NCBI GenBank assembly: GCA_951406725.2
Contig: OX597816.1
Coordinates: 96,534,001 to 96,598,000, forward strand
Reading direction: 5' to 3'
From: Octopus vulgaris
Lineage: Eukaryota
Length of the DNA: 64,000 nt
Shown: piece by piece, positions 41,030 through 55,751 of the stretch
Layout of the letters: the number at the start of each line of letters is the position of its first letter
How positions within the stretch are numbered: the stretch's first letter is position 1
Translations under genes and position numbers: made by a program
The notes under the pieces: generated by a model
Told to the model about the DNA's origin: nothing
The model's input: the letters and a program-made list of their open reading frames with translations, nothing else
Database searches by the model: none

Positions 41030-41870
41030 TTGACCTTTGGTGAAGTTGATCTTCGACACTGTTCACTGTTATCCTTCCCCGTTTTGCAGGGTCAACTGGG
41101 ACCTTTGACCGCAGGAGGTTAAGTCGTTTCTTGAAAATATCTACCCCTATCACATGTAGATCTCTCAGCTGTTTTGGCTATGTATTAAGCAGTTGTGGAC
41201 CCTTCATACCCAGTATGTTACAGTAGATGGTCTTCACTCTAGGCAGCATAGTGACGTGCAGTTCTGGAGTTTGTATAACTCTCGATGCCAAAGTTTGGGG
41301 CCAACCTCTTTAGGATCTTCCTTGTGTATATCACTGTATATTTGTCCCGTCTTCGCTCCAGATAGTTGAATCGTAGCTCTTTCGGCCTTTCCCAATAGCT
41401 CACATGTTCCATTGATGCATCTTCCTCGTGTAGCACCGCTGAACTGCCTCATGTTCTGCAATTAACTTTACACTGTGAGTTGACCACATTTGAAAGCAGT
41501 AGTCCAAATGGCTGAGAATAAATGTTACCCCATAGAACCAGTATAGTTTCCAGGTCTCTCATTCTGAAAGTTCAAATAATTCATCCGGCCATAAACCTGA
41601 ACATTGCCACCATCTTGGTGATATGCACATGAAACAAGGTGTTGTTGCTCACCTCAGTCACCAGATAATGCACCGTACCTGATTCTCAGATTGCTGCTCC
41701 ATTTGGTCCAAAGTAAGGTTCCTTGACTACTTGTTCTACTTTTGTGTCGTTGGCATGGCTAGTAAGAGTGGCTGTCTGTGTAACTGAGGGTATGTCCGAA
41801 AGGGCCACCGTAAACATTAGCGGCCCAAAGACAGTTCCCTGAGGCACTCCACTCGCTATTAGTCACCCAG
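41030..41870 (-). pseudogene. CR1/L2-type LINE RT 3' fragment
   Basis: SGVPQGTVFGPLMF, TLTSHANDTK (YADD-like), ILSHLDYCF, YWER..LERRRDKY. Confidence 0.85.
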
Positions 41871-42061
41871 CAACGTCTTCATTTATTCTCTCTTCAAAAT
41901 CTAAAACATTATGCTTCTTATCTCTTAGTACAACACTGGCAAGCCTCTGGTTTTCTGCTTCTATTCAAAAGTTTGGGGCCAGTCCATAGCTTTCTCTCTT
42001 AATTAGATAATATAGTTCTTTTCTGCTCCCTCATGTCTTTCCATGTCAGTTCTTTTGTTCT

Positions 42062-42133
<72 letters not shown>

Positions 42134-42690
42134 TCTCTCCCTCTCGCAATTTATCTCGCTCAATTTCTTACTCTCTTTCACGTATGTGTATGCCTTGAGT
42201 GTTTGAGCTGTGTGCGTGTGTGTGTGTGTGAGCTATATACGCGTGAACTATATGTCTATATGTATGTGCATGTGTGTATGCGTGTTTGTTTGTGTGTGAT
42301 TTTTGTGTGTGTGCGTGTTTGTGCATGTGTGTATGCGCGCTCGAGTATGTGTATATGTCTATTGCACTCTGTTTACACTATGCGAATCAGTACAGTATTC
42401 TCGGTACGAATCATTTAGAAGCAAATGGTTTTCTGTAAAACAAAAGAATGATTACAATGTACATAAAGCAACAAAGCCCCTTGCGGCGTAGTTATTTATT
42501 CATTTGCATGTTCCACACTGAATCATAAGTGATTTCAGCGACTTATATCCTACATAACTAGACCGATGTATTAACTATTACTACCATACTATGTATGTAT
42601 ATACATACATAGACACAGAAAAACAGACAGACAGGCAAGTAGGTTGGTAGACACTGACGGACTAAATGATTGATAAATAGAAAGATAGAT

Positions 42691-42731
<41 letters not shown>

Positions 42732-42740
42732 CAGATAGAC

Positions 42741-42803
<63 letters not shown>

Positions 42804-42812
42804 CAGATAGAC

Positions 42813-42879
<67 letters not shown>

Positions 42880-43007
42880 CAGATAGACAGATAGACAGAC
42901 AGATAGATATAGATAGATAGATAGATGGAGAGAGAGAGAGAATAATAAATAGACAGACAAGCAGACAGAGAGAGAGAGAGAGAGAGAAAGATAGATACCT
43001 AGATAGG

Positions 43008-43097
<90 letters not shown>

Positions 43098-43651
43098 TGA
43101 AAAGAAGACATCGCCATAAGTAATCATATCTAATTTTATCTTGAGTTTAACCAATCCCTTGACAGGCGTCTTTGATATAGTTTCATGTTTATACTGGACC
43201 CATTCTGATTAACACTGTTTATATATTGAAATTGAACGCGTTTTCTTGCTTTATTTTTTTTTGTTGTTCACTCGTTATTTGTCACAAACGTAACAGCAAT
43301 GATATTGCTGACAAGTGAAGCAAGTAGTTCAATTCAAATCAGAAACACAACCTTCATCAATAATAAAAACAGCAATTAATATATGAGAAGGTGAAATGAG
43401 ACTTGATAGCCATAGTGAAATCAGAAAGACAATTTCAATCGCCATTAAACTCAAAAATACATGCGCATCACAATCATCAACTCAATCAACATCACCACCG
43501 CCAACAACAACAACAACACCAACAACTAAACCAGTAGTTCACAAACCTTACGCTTAGTTTTCCCACGGACCACTGGACCCCTTTTAATATACTTATCCTT
43601 ATGTGTATATATATATATATTTAACACTATTTATATATTGAAATTGAACTC

Positions 43652-43714
43652 GATAACTGAAGAGATGTCGGTGCAGATTTCCGCCCCGACATCCGAAACT
43701 CGGATTTTTATTAT
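43652..43714 (+). ncRNA. Hammerhead-like motif (stem III degenerate)
   Basis: AUAA-CUGAAGA-a-GAUGUCGG...CCGACAUC-c-GAAAC ucgg.. with a perfect 8-bp stem II. Confidence 0.55.
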
Positions 43715-43810
43715 GTCAACCGAATAATTGTCACATATTAAATTACAGATAAATTCCTCTATTTACTTAAAATCGCGGTCTCTTTCATTCTTTTGTTGTC
43801 TTACCATTAC

Positions 43811-44951
43811 TATTAGATTGTCAAAAAGGTTCTTGCGGGATTTTTAATTTTGGTTTTAAATGATGTATTTTCAAATTAATTTTCGTTAAATTACTTTTGA
43901 CTTTATTTATCATTCTAAATTCCGTTTGTCGTTCTATCTAATCGTGCTACTTCTTTTTGAATAATTCGGCCATTTTTTCCGGAACGTTGAATACAACATG
44001 GGCAAAAGGCAAATTCGCACAATTTTCTTATTCTAGTTCAAGCTAGGCCGAAAAGCTGCTGAAACAGCTCACGATATCAACGATGCGTTTGACCCAGGAA
44101 CCACTAATGAACGTACAGCACAATGGTGGTTCAAGAAATTTCGTAGCGGTGACGTGAGTCTTGAAGAGGATAAGTGTAGTGGTCGGCCATCGGATGTTGG
44201 CAACGATCATCTAAGAGCCTTAGTCAACGCCAATCCATGCACAACTGTTCGAGAGCTTGCTTCTGAATTAGACGTAACGTATAAAACAATTTCCAACCAC
44301 TCGGAAAAGATTGGAAAAAAAAATTACTTGAGTAATGGGTGCCGCACGAATTAAACACCCCCATACACACACACGCACACACACACACACACACACACAC
44401 GCCGTTTTGAAATGTCGTCTTCCCTTCTGTTACGCAAGAACGACTCGTTCTATCACAGCTTTTTGGATCCGGGCGAAACCATTACAGCGGAAAAGTACTG
44501 TCAACAAATGGATGAAATGCATAAGGAACTCAGACAACAACAGCCAGCATTGGTCAATACAAAAGGACCAATTCTTCTCCACGACAACGCTCGGCCGCAT
44601 GTCGAACTAACCCTGCAGAAATTGAACGAATTGGGCTACGAAACTTTGCCTCATCCGCCATACTCACCAAACCTCTCGCCTACCGACTACCACTTTTTCA
44701 AGCATCTCGACAACTTCCTGCGTGAGGAATGCTTAAAAAGCCAAGACGATGCCAAATACGCTTCAACGACTTCATCGCCACCAGTACGCAGAATTTTTAC
44801 GCTACTGGCATAAATAGACTTGTTTCACGTTTTCAAAAGTGTGTTGACTCTGCTGGTGTTAATTTCGATTAATAAAGTTTTGTTTGAGCCGAGATATGTG
44901 CATCTGAATTTAAAGATTAAAAACCACAAGAACTTTCTTGACAACCTAATA
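43811..44951 (+). mobile_element. Mariner transposon (Hsmar1/SETMAR-like), internally deleted and frameshifted
   Basis: TIRs tattagattgtcaaaaaggttcttgcgg / ccacaagaactttcttgacaacctaata. Transposase from ATG 43998: MGKRQIRTIFLF...WWFKKFRSGD..., HDNARPH, HPPYSPNLSPTDYHFF. Confidence 0.93.
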
Positions 44952-46367
44952 TTAATTCAGTTGAATAAATTTAAAACGGTTGGGTTTTCACATTTTTTAT
45001 TATGGTATTTTAACATTAAAAAAATATTTTGTAATGTTCATAAAGTTCAGCTTTCATACGTACGTAGTAATCATAATAAAAAACGTGAAAACCAGACCAT
45101 GCTTTAACTTTATTCAACTGATATATTATTCTAAATACATTACACAAATTCGGAAAAAAAATATATATATGAAATTTTGAATTTAGCTCACAGGCCCCCA
45201 GTACTACTTTTGCGGACCCCAGTTTGGAAACCACTGGACCAAATAGTAAAACAGTAAAAGATCGACGATACCGTCCGAAATTACGGAAAATTGTTCAGAG
45301 GTATCAGAAGATAAATGGATATCTCCATATACGTATGTCTTCCTTGCATGTATATATTTTAAATAGATATCTCCATATATGTATGCTTTTCTTGTATGCA
45401 TGTATTTTAAACAAAATAGATGGGTAGATTAATTAAACTTGAAATTGCTTCGTTGGAAAATTGACGTAAAAAACATCATTGAGTAACTCTTCTATTAGTA
45501 GAAATACCGTAGGAAGATATAGTACAAGCTTGGAGCAAGCTTTGCCTCTTTTTTCCCTATCCTTTATATTGATTTATTATAGTTATTTATTTATTGCTCA
45601 TCGTTCTGTAATAATTATAATCGGAAATATTAATCAAACTGAAAAAACTCTAAATAAATGCAGTGGCTAACTTTTTACATTTTCTTAGGATTTTTCCATC
45701 GTTTTCCATTTTTTTTTTTCCTTTTACGTTTTAATAGGAAATGCAAACGCTTGTGGCTGTCTACAGAAAATCGGTTAGAGAATGTGGTGCGTCCATCAAA
45801 GAAATCTTAAGTAACGAAAAAATATAAAAAGCAAACACTACACCTGCAGAAAATAACAATAACAAGCAAAGAAAACAAGATTAATCAACTATATAGACAC
45901 ATAAACGCTACAGAACTAAACGAAATACTTAGAGAAAGATTAAATTCTTTCATTCGAATTCGAAATAATATCCGTTAATTACTTGCTGTTTCGGTATTGA
46001 TACATTTATAATTTTAAAAGCTTTTCTTAAAAACTTGTGCAAGTAATAAATTCCTTTATTCTCTCATTTGATTTATTTCTATTTCCCTTTTACTCAAATG
46101 ATACCGAGAGAATAGATATGAGCGGTATAAAGAGATATTTTTCTAAATATTTCCGTTAAACCGCTATCGCTTTATAAACATCACCTAAATCTGTATATTT
46201 CCTTCACTGATTTTTTTAACCCCTCCCTCGCCTCATTTTCCCTCTCTTACACACACATACACGCATTCAAAAACACACACACACAAACAAACAAACATAC
46301 ACGCAAAGATAGAGACGGAGAAAACATATGTATACATATACACACATATATATATATGTATGTATAC

Positions 46368-46415
<48 letters not shown>

Positions 46416-46514
46416 ATACATATATACATATACACACATTATATCCATATATACACATATCTTTTGTTTTATTCGTTTCAGCCATACAGCTACGGTCATG
46501 CTGGAGCACCACCG

Positions 46515-48400
46515 TGATCTCTTATTTCCTCAGGTTGGGTGGGAGTTATATCACCACTCCTATATGTGCCTTTCTCCCAACTTTTGGGCCATTTGGTGTA
46601 TGAGGGAGTTTGACACCACAGCCTTCGTCTGTACCTCATGTTGGGCCGTTAGTTCAGCCAGTATTGTGGAGATGAAGATGTCTAGTTCCTTTCTGAAGAC
46701 ATCTACGTCCACATTATGTAAATTTCTTAATCTTTTGTGGCAGATCATTGAAGAGCTGTGGACCTTCGAACCCTAGACTATTGCGGTACCTGGTCCTGAA
46801 TTTAGATGGAGTGGAAGGTACCTTTGGTACAATATAATGACGTCCAGTTCTGGCATTTGTATGATATTCTATGCCGAAATTAGGTACTAGCCCTTCTAGA
46901 GTTTTCCATATGTAGATTATAGCATATATGTAGATTATTGCATATCTTCCACCTTTCTGGGTAGGTCATATAATACTTTCTTTCAGTTTTTTGGGAAGTT
47001 TACCGTTTGTAAGAAATCTCTGGAAAACTATCTGCTTACAATACTTCAGGAGAATAGCTGAGAAGCCACAGGGATCAGTTGCTGAGCTTCAGCTCATTTC
47101 ATCTACGGCCGCTGTTACATCTGTCTCTTCAGTGTTGATGTAACTCATGGTTGGTGCCGTCTTCTTTAGGGATACAATATTAAAGAAATAAGTCGGTTTT
47201 TTTTTTTATCTGCATGTGTACCACTGGGGAGATGAAAAACACTTCTAAATTGTTCACTGAATACATCACTTATCATTTCTGGGTCATTCCCTTAGAATAA
47301 TTATTCTGGCCGTTTCCTTTGCAAATTCGTTGAAAGTTTTAGGACTTGTTTTTATGCTTTCCACAGCTCTGTTCTCTCTTTCTTTCTCTCTCTCTCTCTC
47401 CCTCCCCCTCTCTCTCTGATCTGCTCTGCTCTTTCCTTTTCATGAAAGAGTTTGATCTTTCTTTCGATTTCTAGGAGTGTCCGTATTAAAATAGACTTCT
47501 CCCTATCCTTTAGTTACCTAGTCAACCGGTTCTGAGACCTTTGGCCTACGTCTCATAAGGATTTTTCTGTCCCAGAGAATCTTGTTTGTCGGTATATTGG
47601 CCTTTCATTCCTGAGTGCACTGTTGACATAAACTGATAGAGTTTCAAGTCAATGACTTGCATACAAATAATGTTGGACCAGTTTTGTTTATGGATCTCTT
47701 TGCGGATTGATTCCGATTTTATTTTATTGAAATTCAGGTTGGATATGGCTTGAGTCCCCTTGGTAGGGTAGATCCCAGTAGTTCGCTTAGGAACATACAT
47801 AGTTAGTTCAACAATGTCACACTCACATTATGGATAACGTCCAGATTATTTGTGAAGCAGAAGTCCAAGATGTCGTTTCTCTTGGTTGGCGTATCACTTG
47901 TTCCATGAATAGCAGAGAAAGTTCCAGTAATAACTCTACATGCTTTTGTTCATGCAGTGACATCCCAGAGAGGATGTGGCCTTTCAGCCATTTAACATTT
48001 GGGAGGTCGAAGTCAGCCAGGAGGAGTATGTTGATGTGCTGTTCTAGATTTGTTAATACTTCTTCTATGTGGCTGAGGTTATCCTCACATTTTCCATCAT
48101 ACTTCATGGTATTTGGTGGAGGGTATGTTGAGCATACAACTCGACCAAATTGCTTTATATGTTGCAGAGTGAATTTATATGTCGCAGAGTGAATTTGAAT
48201 GCGACAGTAATACAAGTGGTATAACATTTTCACGGATGTACATAGCAACAACACTTCTTTCTCTTCTGTGTATGTGAAATACAACATACCCTGGGATGTG
48301 TACATCTGCATGTGTTACATTAGAGGATTCAGTGAATGTCATACATATTGGTTGATTGCATGCAAGATTTTTTAGTTGCCGGGTTTTAGCTGGCTTCCGA
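46515..48400 (-). pseudogene. CR1-type LINE remnant (APE endonuclease, linker, deleted RT, 3' end)
   Basis: TYPPPN, ILLLADFDLPNVKW, MEQVIRQP, LRNLHNVDVDVFRKELDIF. Confidence 0.8.
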
Positions 48401-48456
48401 TGTTCAATAGGGATACAGGTGCAACATCTGGTGTCAGTAGTGGCGATCCTGCATCC

Positions 48457-48500
<44 letters not shown>

Positions 48501-48970
48501 ATGTGTGTGTGTGTGTGCGTGTGTGTGTATGCGCGCGCATGTATACACAGACACACACACATACACACGCACGCGTCAATATACACCTAGACAGTAATAT
48601 TGATGCAGAAGGGTAAAACAAATCACAAAAAATGAGTATGTGAATATTTTCGTTGATATTTAGCAGGAGCAACAAAGTGATTGAAGGACCAAGAGTTCCG
48701 TGCGTTACCACTTGAACTCTAAGTGATAATGCACTAAATTCTCGGACCTTGAGTCAGTCTATTACTGTTGAATATTAATGAAAATACACATATAAATATA
48801 TGTATGATATATATATGTATATATATACACTCACACATAACCACGCACAAACATGGCACACACACACGTGTTAGATACATATTTACATATTTATGTGCAT
48901 ATACATATATATATATATATATATATATCCATATATATATGTATGTATATATGTATAAGTATACATGAAA

Positions 48971-49019
<49 letters not shown>

Positions 49020-49306
49020 TACATGTATATATATATATATATATTATGCGTTTGAGGATAAATAAATTATCTCTATATCTGTATATTTCAATATATTTCA
49101 ATGCTTCTACAAAAAAGCCAATTTTGTTTACACATATCGTAATTTCAATTTCACGTCTATAAAAAGAGTTTATGAGTTCAAAAATTTTCCGCCAATCATA
49201 GAAATATGATGTTCGAGTTTCATGGTTGGCCGCCGACAAATGTTTCTGCAATATAAGGTTATTATCCTATTCACGCTGCTCGGCATTATTTTGCTTCTGA
49301 GAGTAT

Positions 49307-49406
<100 letters not shown>

Positions 49407-49446
49407 ATGTATATATGTGCGTGTGTATGTCCATATACATACATAG

Positions 49447-49487
<41 letters not shown>

Positions 49488-49627
49488 TATATAGATATAT
49501 ACACACACACACACAACACACATATATATACGTGTGTGTAGAAGTATATATGTTTATATGTATGTATACATATATGTAAATGTGTATATGTATATAAGTA
49601 TATGCATATGTATGTACAGGTAAAACA

Positions 49628-49880
49628 GAATCCACTCACAAGGCCTTGGTCGGCCCGAGGCTATAGTAGAAGACACTTCCCCAATATGCCACGCAGTGGG
49701 ATTGAACACGGAACTATGTGGTTGGCAAGCAAGTTACTTAACACACAGCCAATCCTGCACCGTCGAAGGAGTCGACTCCAGAACTTATTCTTTGTAAACT
49801 TGGTACTAATTCTATCAGAATCTTTTGTCGAACCGTTAAGTTACGATGCCATAAACACACCAGCATTGGTTAAGCGACAG
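49628..49880 (-). mobile_element. SINE fragments (18542 family: head and tail pieces)
   Basis: Reverse-complement homology to 18542-18940. Confidence 0.7.
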
Positions 49881-50004
49881 TATAAATTATAGCTTTGTAA
49901 ATTAAATTTAGGGTTTATAATACAAGTGTTTTGCCAGCGTTGCTCTATAGAAGTGAGACTTAGGCGGTCTATCGAAAGCATTTAAGGCACTTGGAACGAT
50001 ATCA

Positions 50005-50378
50005 ATATTCTTTTCCACTCTAAGCACAAGGTCCAAAATTTTGGGGGAGGCGACCTGTCGATTAGATCGACCCCAGTACGCAACTTGCTCTTATTTTATC
50101 GGCCCCCAAAGAATGAAAGGCAATCTCGACCTCTGAATTCTGAACGTAATGACAGACGAATACCTATTTCTTTACTACCCACAGAGAGGACAACCAAGGA
50201 CAGACAAACGGATTAAGTCGATTACATCGACCCCAGTGCGTAACTGGTACTTATTTAATCGACCCCGAAAGAATGAAAGGGAAAGACAACCTCGGCGGAA
50301 TTCGAACTCAGAACTTTGCGGCAGACGAAATACCGCTTAGCATTTCTGCGTGCTAACATTTCTGCCAGCTCGTCGCCT
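50005..50378 (-). mobile_element. Tandem/nested SINEs (15878 family)
   Basis: Two copies of atcgaccccagt...gaatgaaagg, with the head ggcgacgagctggcagaa at 50377. Confidence 0.78.
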
Positions 50379-50659
50379 CACGATATTATCAATATTGTCT
50401 TAGGAATATTCTTGGGATAAGTTGAATAATGGCAAGGATAAATTGAATAATGGCAGGGATAAATTGAATAATGGCAATCAGTGATGTGAAGGCACTTGAG
50501 AGAAGTGTTAGAAGTGTAGAATCGATGATTCTGCAAATTCGTTTGAGGTGGTGGTGAACATCTTGTGAGAATGAATGATGAAATAAATACTTCCAAAGCA
50601 ACTTTTGTCTGGTGAGCTGGACTTGTTTGTCCCCCACTCTACTTTGATCCCTTGTGGCT

Positions 50660-51010
50660 ATAATAAAGAAAGAGCCGGAAGGAGCCTAGCACACAAACCC
50701 GAAATGAGGTTCAAGGACTGCCTCAGAATTGCTGACACAGACAGGAGTTTCAGTTGCTAGGAAGAGGGAGTCACAAGACCAAAATAGATGGAGGAAAGAA
50801 GTGCACACTGGTTGTTCGAAGTTTGAAAGAGAGAGAATGAATCACGAGACGATCGAAAGAAAGCTTAGTAAAAATGGACCAGAGGAAAAATAAGGGAGTG
50901 TTGCTTCTTATGTGTGTGATTCTGTGGGAGAAAATGCTTGAATCAGGTAGTCCTGGCCAATCATCAGAGAACTCACAGGTATCAAACCCTTGTAAATTGT
51001 GATACTAGAT
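50660..51010 (+). pseudogene. RTE LINE ORF2 C-terminus remnant
   Basis: KPEMRFKDCLR and a C2H2-like end. Homologous to 53420-53620. Confidence 0.6.
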
Positions 51011-52720
51011 TATAAAACTAGAACAAGTATGTGGTTCAAGAGGAAATTCTATTCTTGATTATTTCAAAATTTTCTGTAAGAATATTGCTGGATTGTAAAA
51101 AAATGTACAAAGCTCCATCGCTAGAACGTAAAGAACAAAAATAACATCACATTTTGAACTTGACAATGCCTTCAATATTTTTATAAATTGTAATTGTAAT
51201 GTCCATGTTAGATTGTTGATTTCTCTTTCTGTGAATCCAAAATAATTACTTCGGCACTTACTGACAAAACCATGTGCACCAACTATTATTGGAATAAATG
51301 TGCATTTATAATCCGGGTAATTAAGCCGAAGGCTTCGAAGCCGCTATCCGTAGCCTACTTTTCTCTGATCTGCGAAGAGATATCAACATCAAGCAGCCGG
51401 CTGTTCTCTATAACAGTGCTTTTTTTAATTTTGCTTGCCTGTCCCAAACAATTATATCTAGCCAGCTATGCTTGCACTTGATGACAATTTTATGGGAATG
51501 CTCCACCAGTATTCCTTGAGTTGACATTTATGTGTGTATTCACCATCTGTGGGATTCTCTCTATCGCAGGACAGTCATTTTTTCGCTTTAAGAGCATTTT
51601 TGAGCAGCTTTTGATCCCATACATAATGTATGCAGGTATGTATTTTTTGTATTTATGTATATATCAGGCAAAAAGCTTTCCAGGTAGTTTTGGATAGGTA
51701 TGAGGTAATATTGAACCGGACGACTAGTTTTTATTTCTGGTAGCCGACATCTTTGATGTACGGAACTTGCAATAAGACGTCCAAGACGTCCAATGAGTAC
51801 TGTGAGAGAACCAGTATGATCTATGTGTGTCATAATACACTGAGTTATTTACGTCACGTATGAAGTGTGCTAGCTATCACTTTTCTACACGTAGAAACCT
51901 TACCGTTAATAGCTGGACTCCTGCTGTGCAATATGCTGTTTTCACATCCAATTTTCACATGTATCTTAAAAATGCATATAAACACAATATAGAATAGCTG
52001 TCCCTTCACATTCCTAAGTTCGTCCGCCTTTTACGAGATTTTCCAATCCATCGCATGATGTGTCCAAAACTTAGCCACCACATAATGCCTATACACATAC
52101 ATACATACATACATACATACATACATACATACATACATACATACATACATACATACATACACACATACACACACACGTGTGTACGTAAGTACACCATCCG
52201 TTTTCGACTTAACAAAAGCCCTAACCCTAAGCTAATCCTAAACCTAAACCCTAACTTAACACTAAATACTAAACACTTGGTGTACGCATTCTTTATATTC
52301 GCCCATATATATTATATATATATATGTAAATATATATACAGACACACGCACACACGTATATATTTATTATATAGACATATGTATATGTACATAAATATGT
52401 ATATATGTTTGTGATCAAGCATGCTTCTTGTACGAAGTCCGGGAATAAAAAAAGGATGAGCATAAAGTAAAAAATAAGGAATACACACGTGCGCGCGCAA
52501 ATATATATGTTTATGTAAGACTTTTAATAGAACAGGAATCATCGCCCATTCGAAGTTTCAGTCTGTTAGATTTAGGTTGAAACTTCGAAGACGGTGGAAT
52601 GTTACTTTTCCACTGAGTGCAAAAATGTGTGGCATCTGTATTTCAAAGAGCCAACCTTGTTACATTCTGTATGTGTGTGCGAGTGCATGTGTGTGTAAAT
52701 ACGCACACAGACACACACAG

Positions 52721-52755
<35 letters not shown>

Positions 52756-52895
52756 CATATATATATATACAAATATCAGAGAGAATCCACTAAGTGGACG
52801 CTCTTACGCTAGAAATAGATCCGCAATGGTCTCAACCACTAAGAATTGTTCTCGAGAAAAATTTAGCACAACTATGAACGTAACCCTTATTTTGA

Positions 52896-52944
<49 letters not shown>

Positions 52945-53272
52945 TACATACGTTCATGCAGGCATACATACATACATACATACATACATACATACATACA
53001 TACATACATACATACATACATACATACATAAGTACATACATACATATATATTCATACATACTTTAAATCTCTTTGAGAACTACGTTAAGGCTACACGTGT
53101 TTGTGGAGTGCTCAGCCCCTTGAACGTGAATTTCAAGCTCTTCCATAATTCGGATCAACTAGAACCTCATTGTCCTATGCCACAGAGTGCTAGCATATAA
53201 AATATGTATATTCATGCGTATATACATTTCGTTTATACATAGACACGTCCACTTACATTTATCTATACAAGC

Positions 53273-53303
<31 letters not shown>

Positions 53304-53419
53304 TGTATGTATGTATGTATGTATGTATGTATGTATGTATGTATGTATGTATGTATGTACGTATGTATGTATGTATGTATGTATGTATGTACGTACGTAC
53401 GTACGTATGTATGCATGTA

Positions 53420-53875
53420 TGTAAGATCGAAGTTTGAAAGAGAGAGAATGAAGCACGAGAAGATCAAGAGAAGACTTAGGAAGAATGAACCTGTGGAAAA
53501 TGAGGGATTGTTACTTTTTATGTGCATGATTTGTAGGAGGAAATGCTTGAGACATGCAGGCCTGGTCAACTATCAAGACAACTCACAGGAATCAAGCCCT
53601 TGTAAACTGTAATGCGGCTTTTACTATATCACACAGAGCATGCAACATGTGGAAAGCTGTGCCTTTCAGTTGGAGGATTGAAAAGGCATATCAAACGACT
53701 TCATAATGTGACACCTGTTCCCTCTGCCAGCCAGCACAGCTATGCATTATGCAACAGAATGTGTAAATGTTTGGCCGGTCAAGGATCAAACAAGGACCTC
53801 ACAGAGCATCATCAATGACTCATTACAATGACTATTTCTAGCAATGCCTTTGCTCGAATACGAGGAAGCAGCTAG
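53420..53875 (+). pseudogene. RTE LINE 3' end with C2H2-like zinc fingers
   Basis: FMCMICRRKCLRHAGL, ATCGKLCLSVGGLKRHIKRLH and ALCNRMCKCLAG. Embedded in (TATG)n. Confidence 0.6.
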
Positions 53876-54084
53876 TATGTATGTACGTATGTATGTATGT
53901 ATGTATGTATGTATGTATGTATGTATGTATGTATGTATGTATGTATGTATGTATGTATGTATGTATGTATGTATGTATGTATGTATGTATGTATGTATCT
54001 CTCTATCTCTCTCTATATATAGATATAGATATATCTATGCATGCATGTATGTATGTATGTATGTATGTATGTATGTATGTATGT

Positions 54085-54505
54085 CATTATTTGGTTTATT
54101 TCAAGATTTTTTGCCAATAGAGAAAGAACCGGTTTCTAACCTAGATCCAAGACTCATTCATTGGAATTTCAACATCAAGATAGTTTTGGTTGTATGTATT
54201 TATGTGCGTGCAGATTTGTATGTTTTACTTTATGTATGTATTCTCATGCATATAGTTGCATATCTAGACATGCTCATATGTATTTAAATGTTAAACGTCT
54301 GTAAAATTTTACAAATTTTTACAGTTCCAGTGGTCGATTGGATCTATAGTTTTCGAATTAGCTTTCTGGTTTCGAGAAGCCTAATTTCTCAAGATTGGTA
54401 TTTAGGTAGTGAGTTACATATCCCAGGGCCCCAATAACTACAGGTATAACACTGAACTTGTAATCTCGATAGAGTAACTACAGATTTCTCAATATTTCAC
54501 TGTAT
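54085..54505 (-). pseudogene. R4/Dong-like LINE 3' end
   Basis: YSEILRNL*LLYRDYKFSVIPVVIGALGYVTHYLNTNLEKLGFS...TGTVKICK. Flanked by (CATA)n. Confidence 0.78.
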
Positions 54506-54771
54506 GTATATATGTATGTATGTATGCATGCATGCATGTATGTGTGTGTGTGTGTGTGTGTATATATATTTACATAGACGTGCAGTATTCTTCTGTCAGC
54601 TGAAGAACTCAAATTGATACACACCTTTATGGCAATATGTAATTCTTTCGATCGCTTTTACCAATGTGTTTGTGTATGCAAGTAAATATGCATGTATGGG
54701 CGAAAGTAAATAATACGTACACCCGGTGTTTAGCGTTAGACTTAGGGTTAAGGTTTAGGGTTTAGAATATT

Positions 54772-54898
<127 letters not shown>

Positions 54899-55306
54899 TT
54901 CGTTTTCGTATTTGGCTTCCAAGATTCTTTGTGTGAATTCGTGTGTTGAAACATTTTATTGTGTCTGGAGAGAGTCATTCGCTGTTAGTGCCTTATTACT
55001 TCACTCACTCGCCGGTTCGATTTCCACTCGTTTAGTTACTTTTTCTAAAATGTTCCTTGCGTCTTGCAACCTTTTCAATAGTCGTTGATTGTCAACTACT
55101 ATAATATATATATATATATCATATTATATTATATCATATTATATTATATTATATTATACTATATGTATATACACACACATGTACATGTATATGTATGTAT
55201 CTTTATATACTATATACATATGGATACATGCCTACACATGTGTGCATATATGTATCTGTATGTGTATCTATATATATATCTATCTGTCTATCTCTCGCTA
55301 TACATA

Positions 55307-55384
<78 letters not shown>

Positions 55385-55614
55385 CATATATTTATGTATA
55401 TTCTTATATTATATGCGTGTGCGTGTGTATGTGTGTTTGTGTGTAGATATGTATTCTATATACATATATGTATTCTATATGTGCACATGAACTCATAATC
55501 AACATATGCACACACACAAACATTTACATAGACCTATATTTACCTTGAACAAAATCTCTTACAGTAGTGTGTCCACTACTTTATATCAATAGGGGCAATG
55601 TAAAAACTACTCAC

Positions 55615-55751
55615 TTCGAATTATATGTCGGTGTTTTCCTACAACATTTCACACAGTATATCAATCTGCATCTTGCTTTTCTTGATTTCTTTGATCCGCA
55701 ACATCTTGCACCAGCTTTGATAGAAGGGTTCTCTATATTTCTGGATACCAT
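55615..55751 (-). CDS. Exon 1 (coding) of a Cys/Arg-rich zinc-ribbon (DUF5679-like) protamine-like protein
   Basis: ATG at 55751 with an in-frame stop just upstream. Encodes MVSRNIENPSIKAGARCCGSKKSRKARCRLIYCVKCCRKTPTYNS+AA, then the consensus donor GTGAGT (55614). 137 nt, phase 2. Confidence 0.78.
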
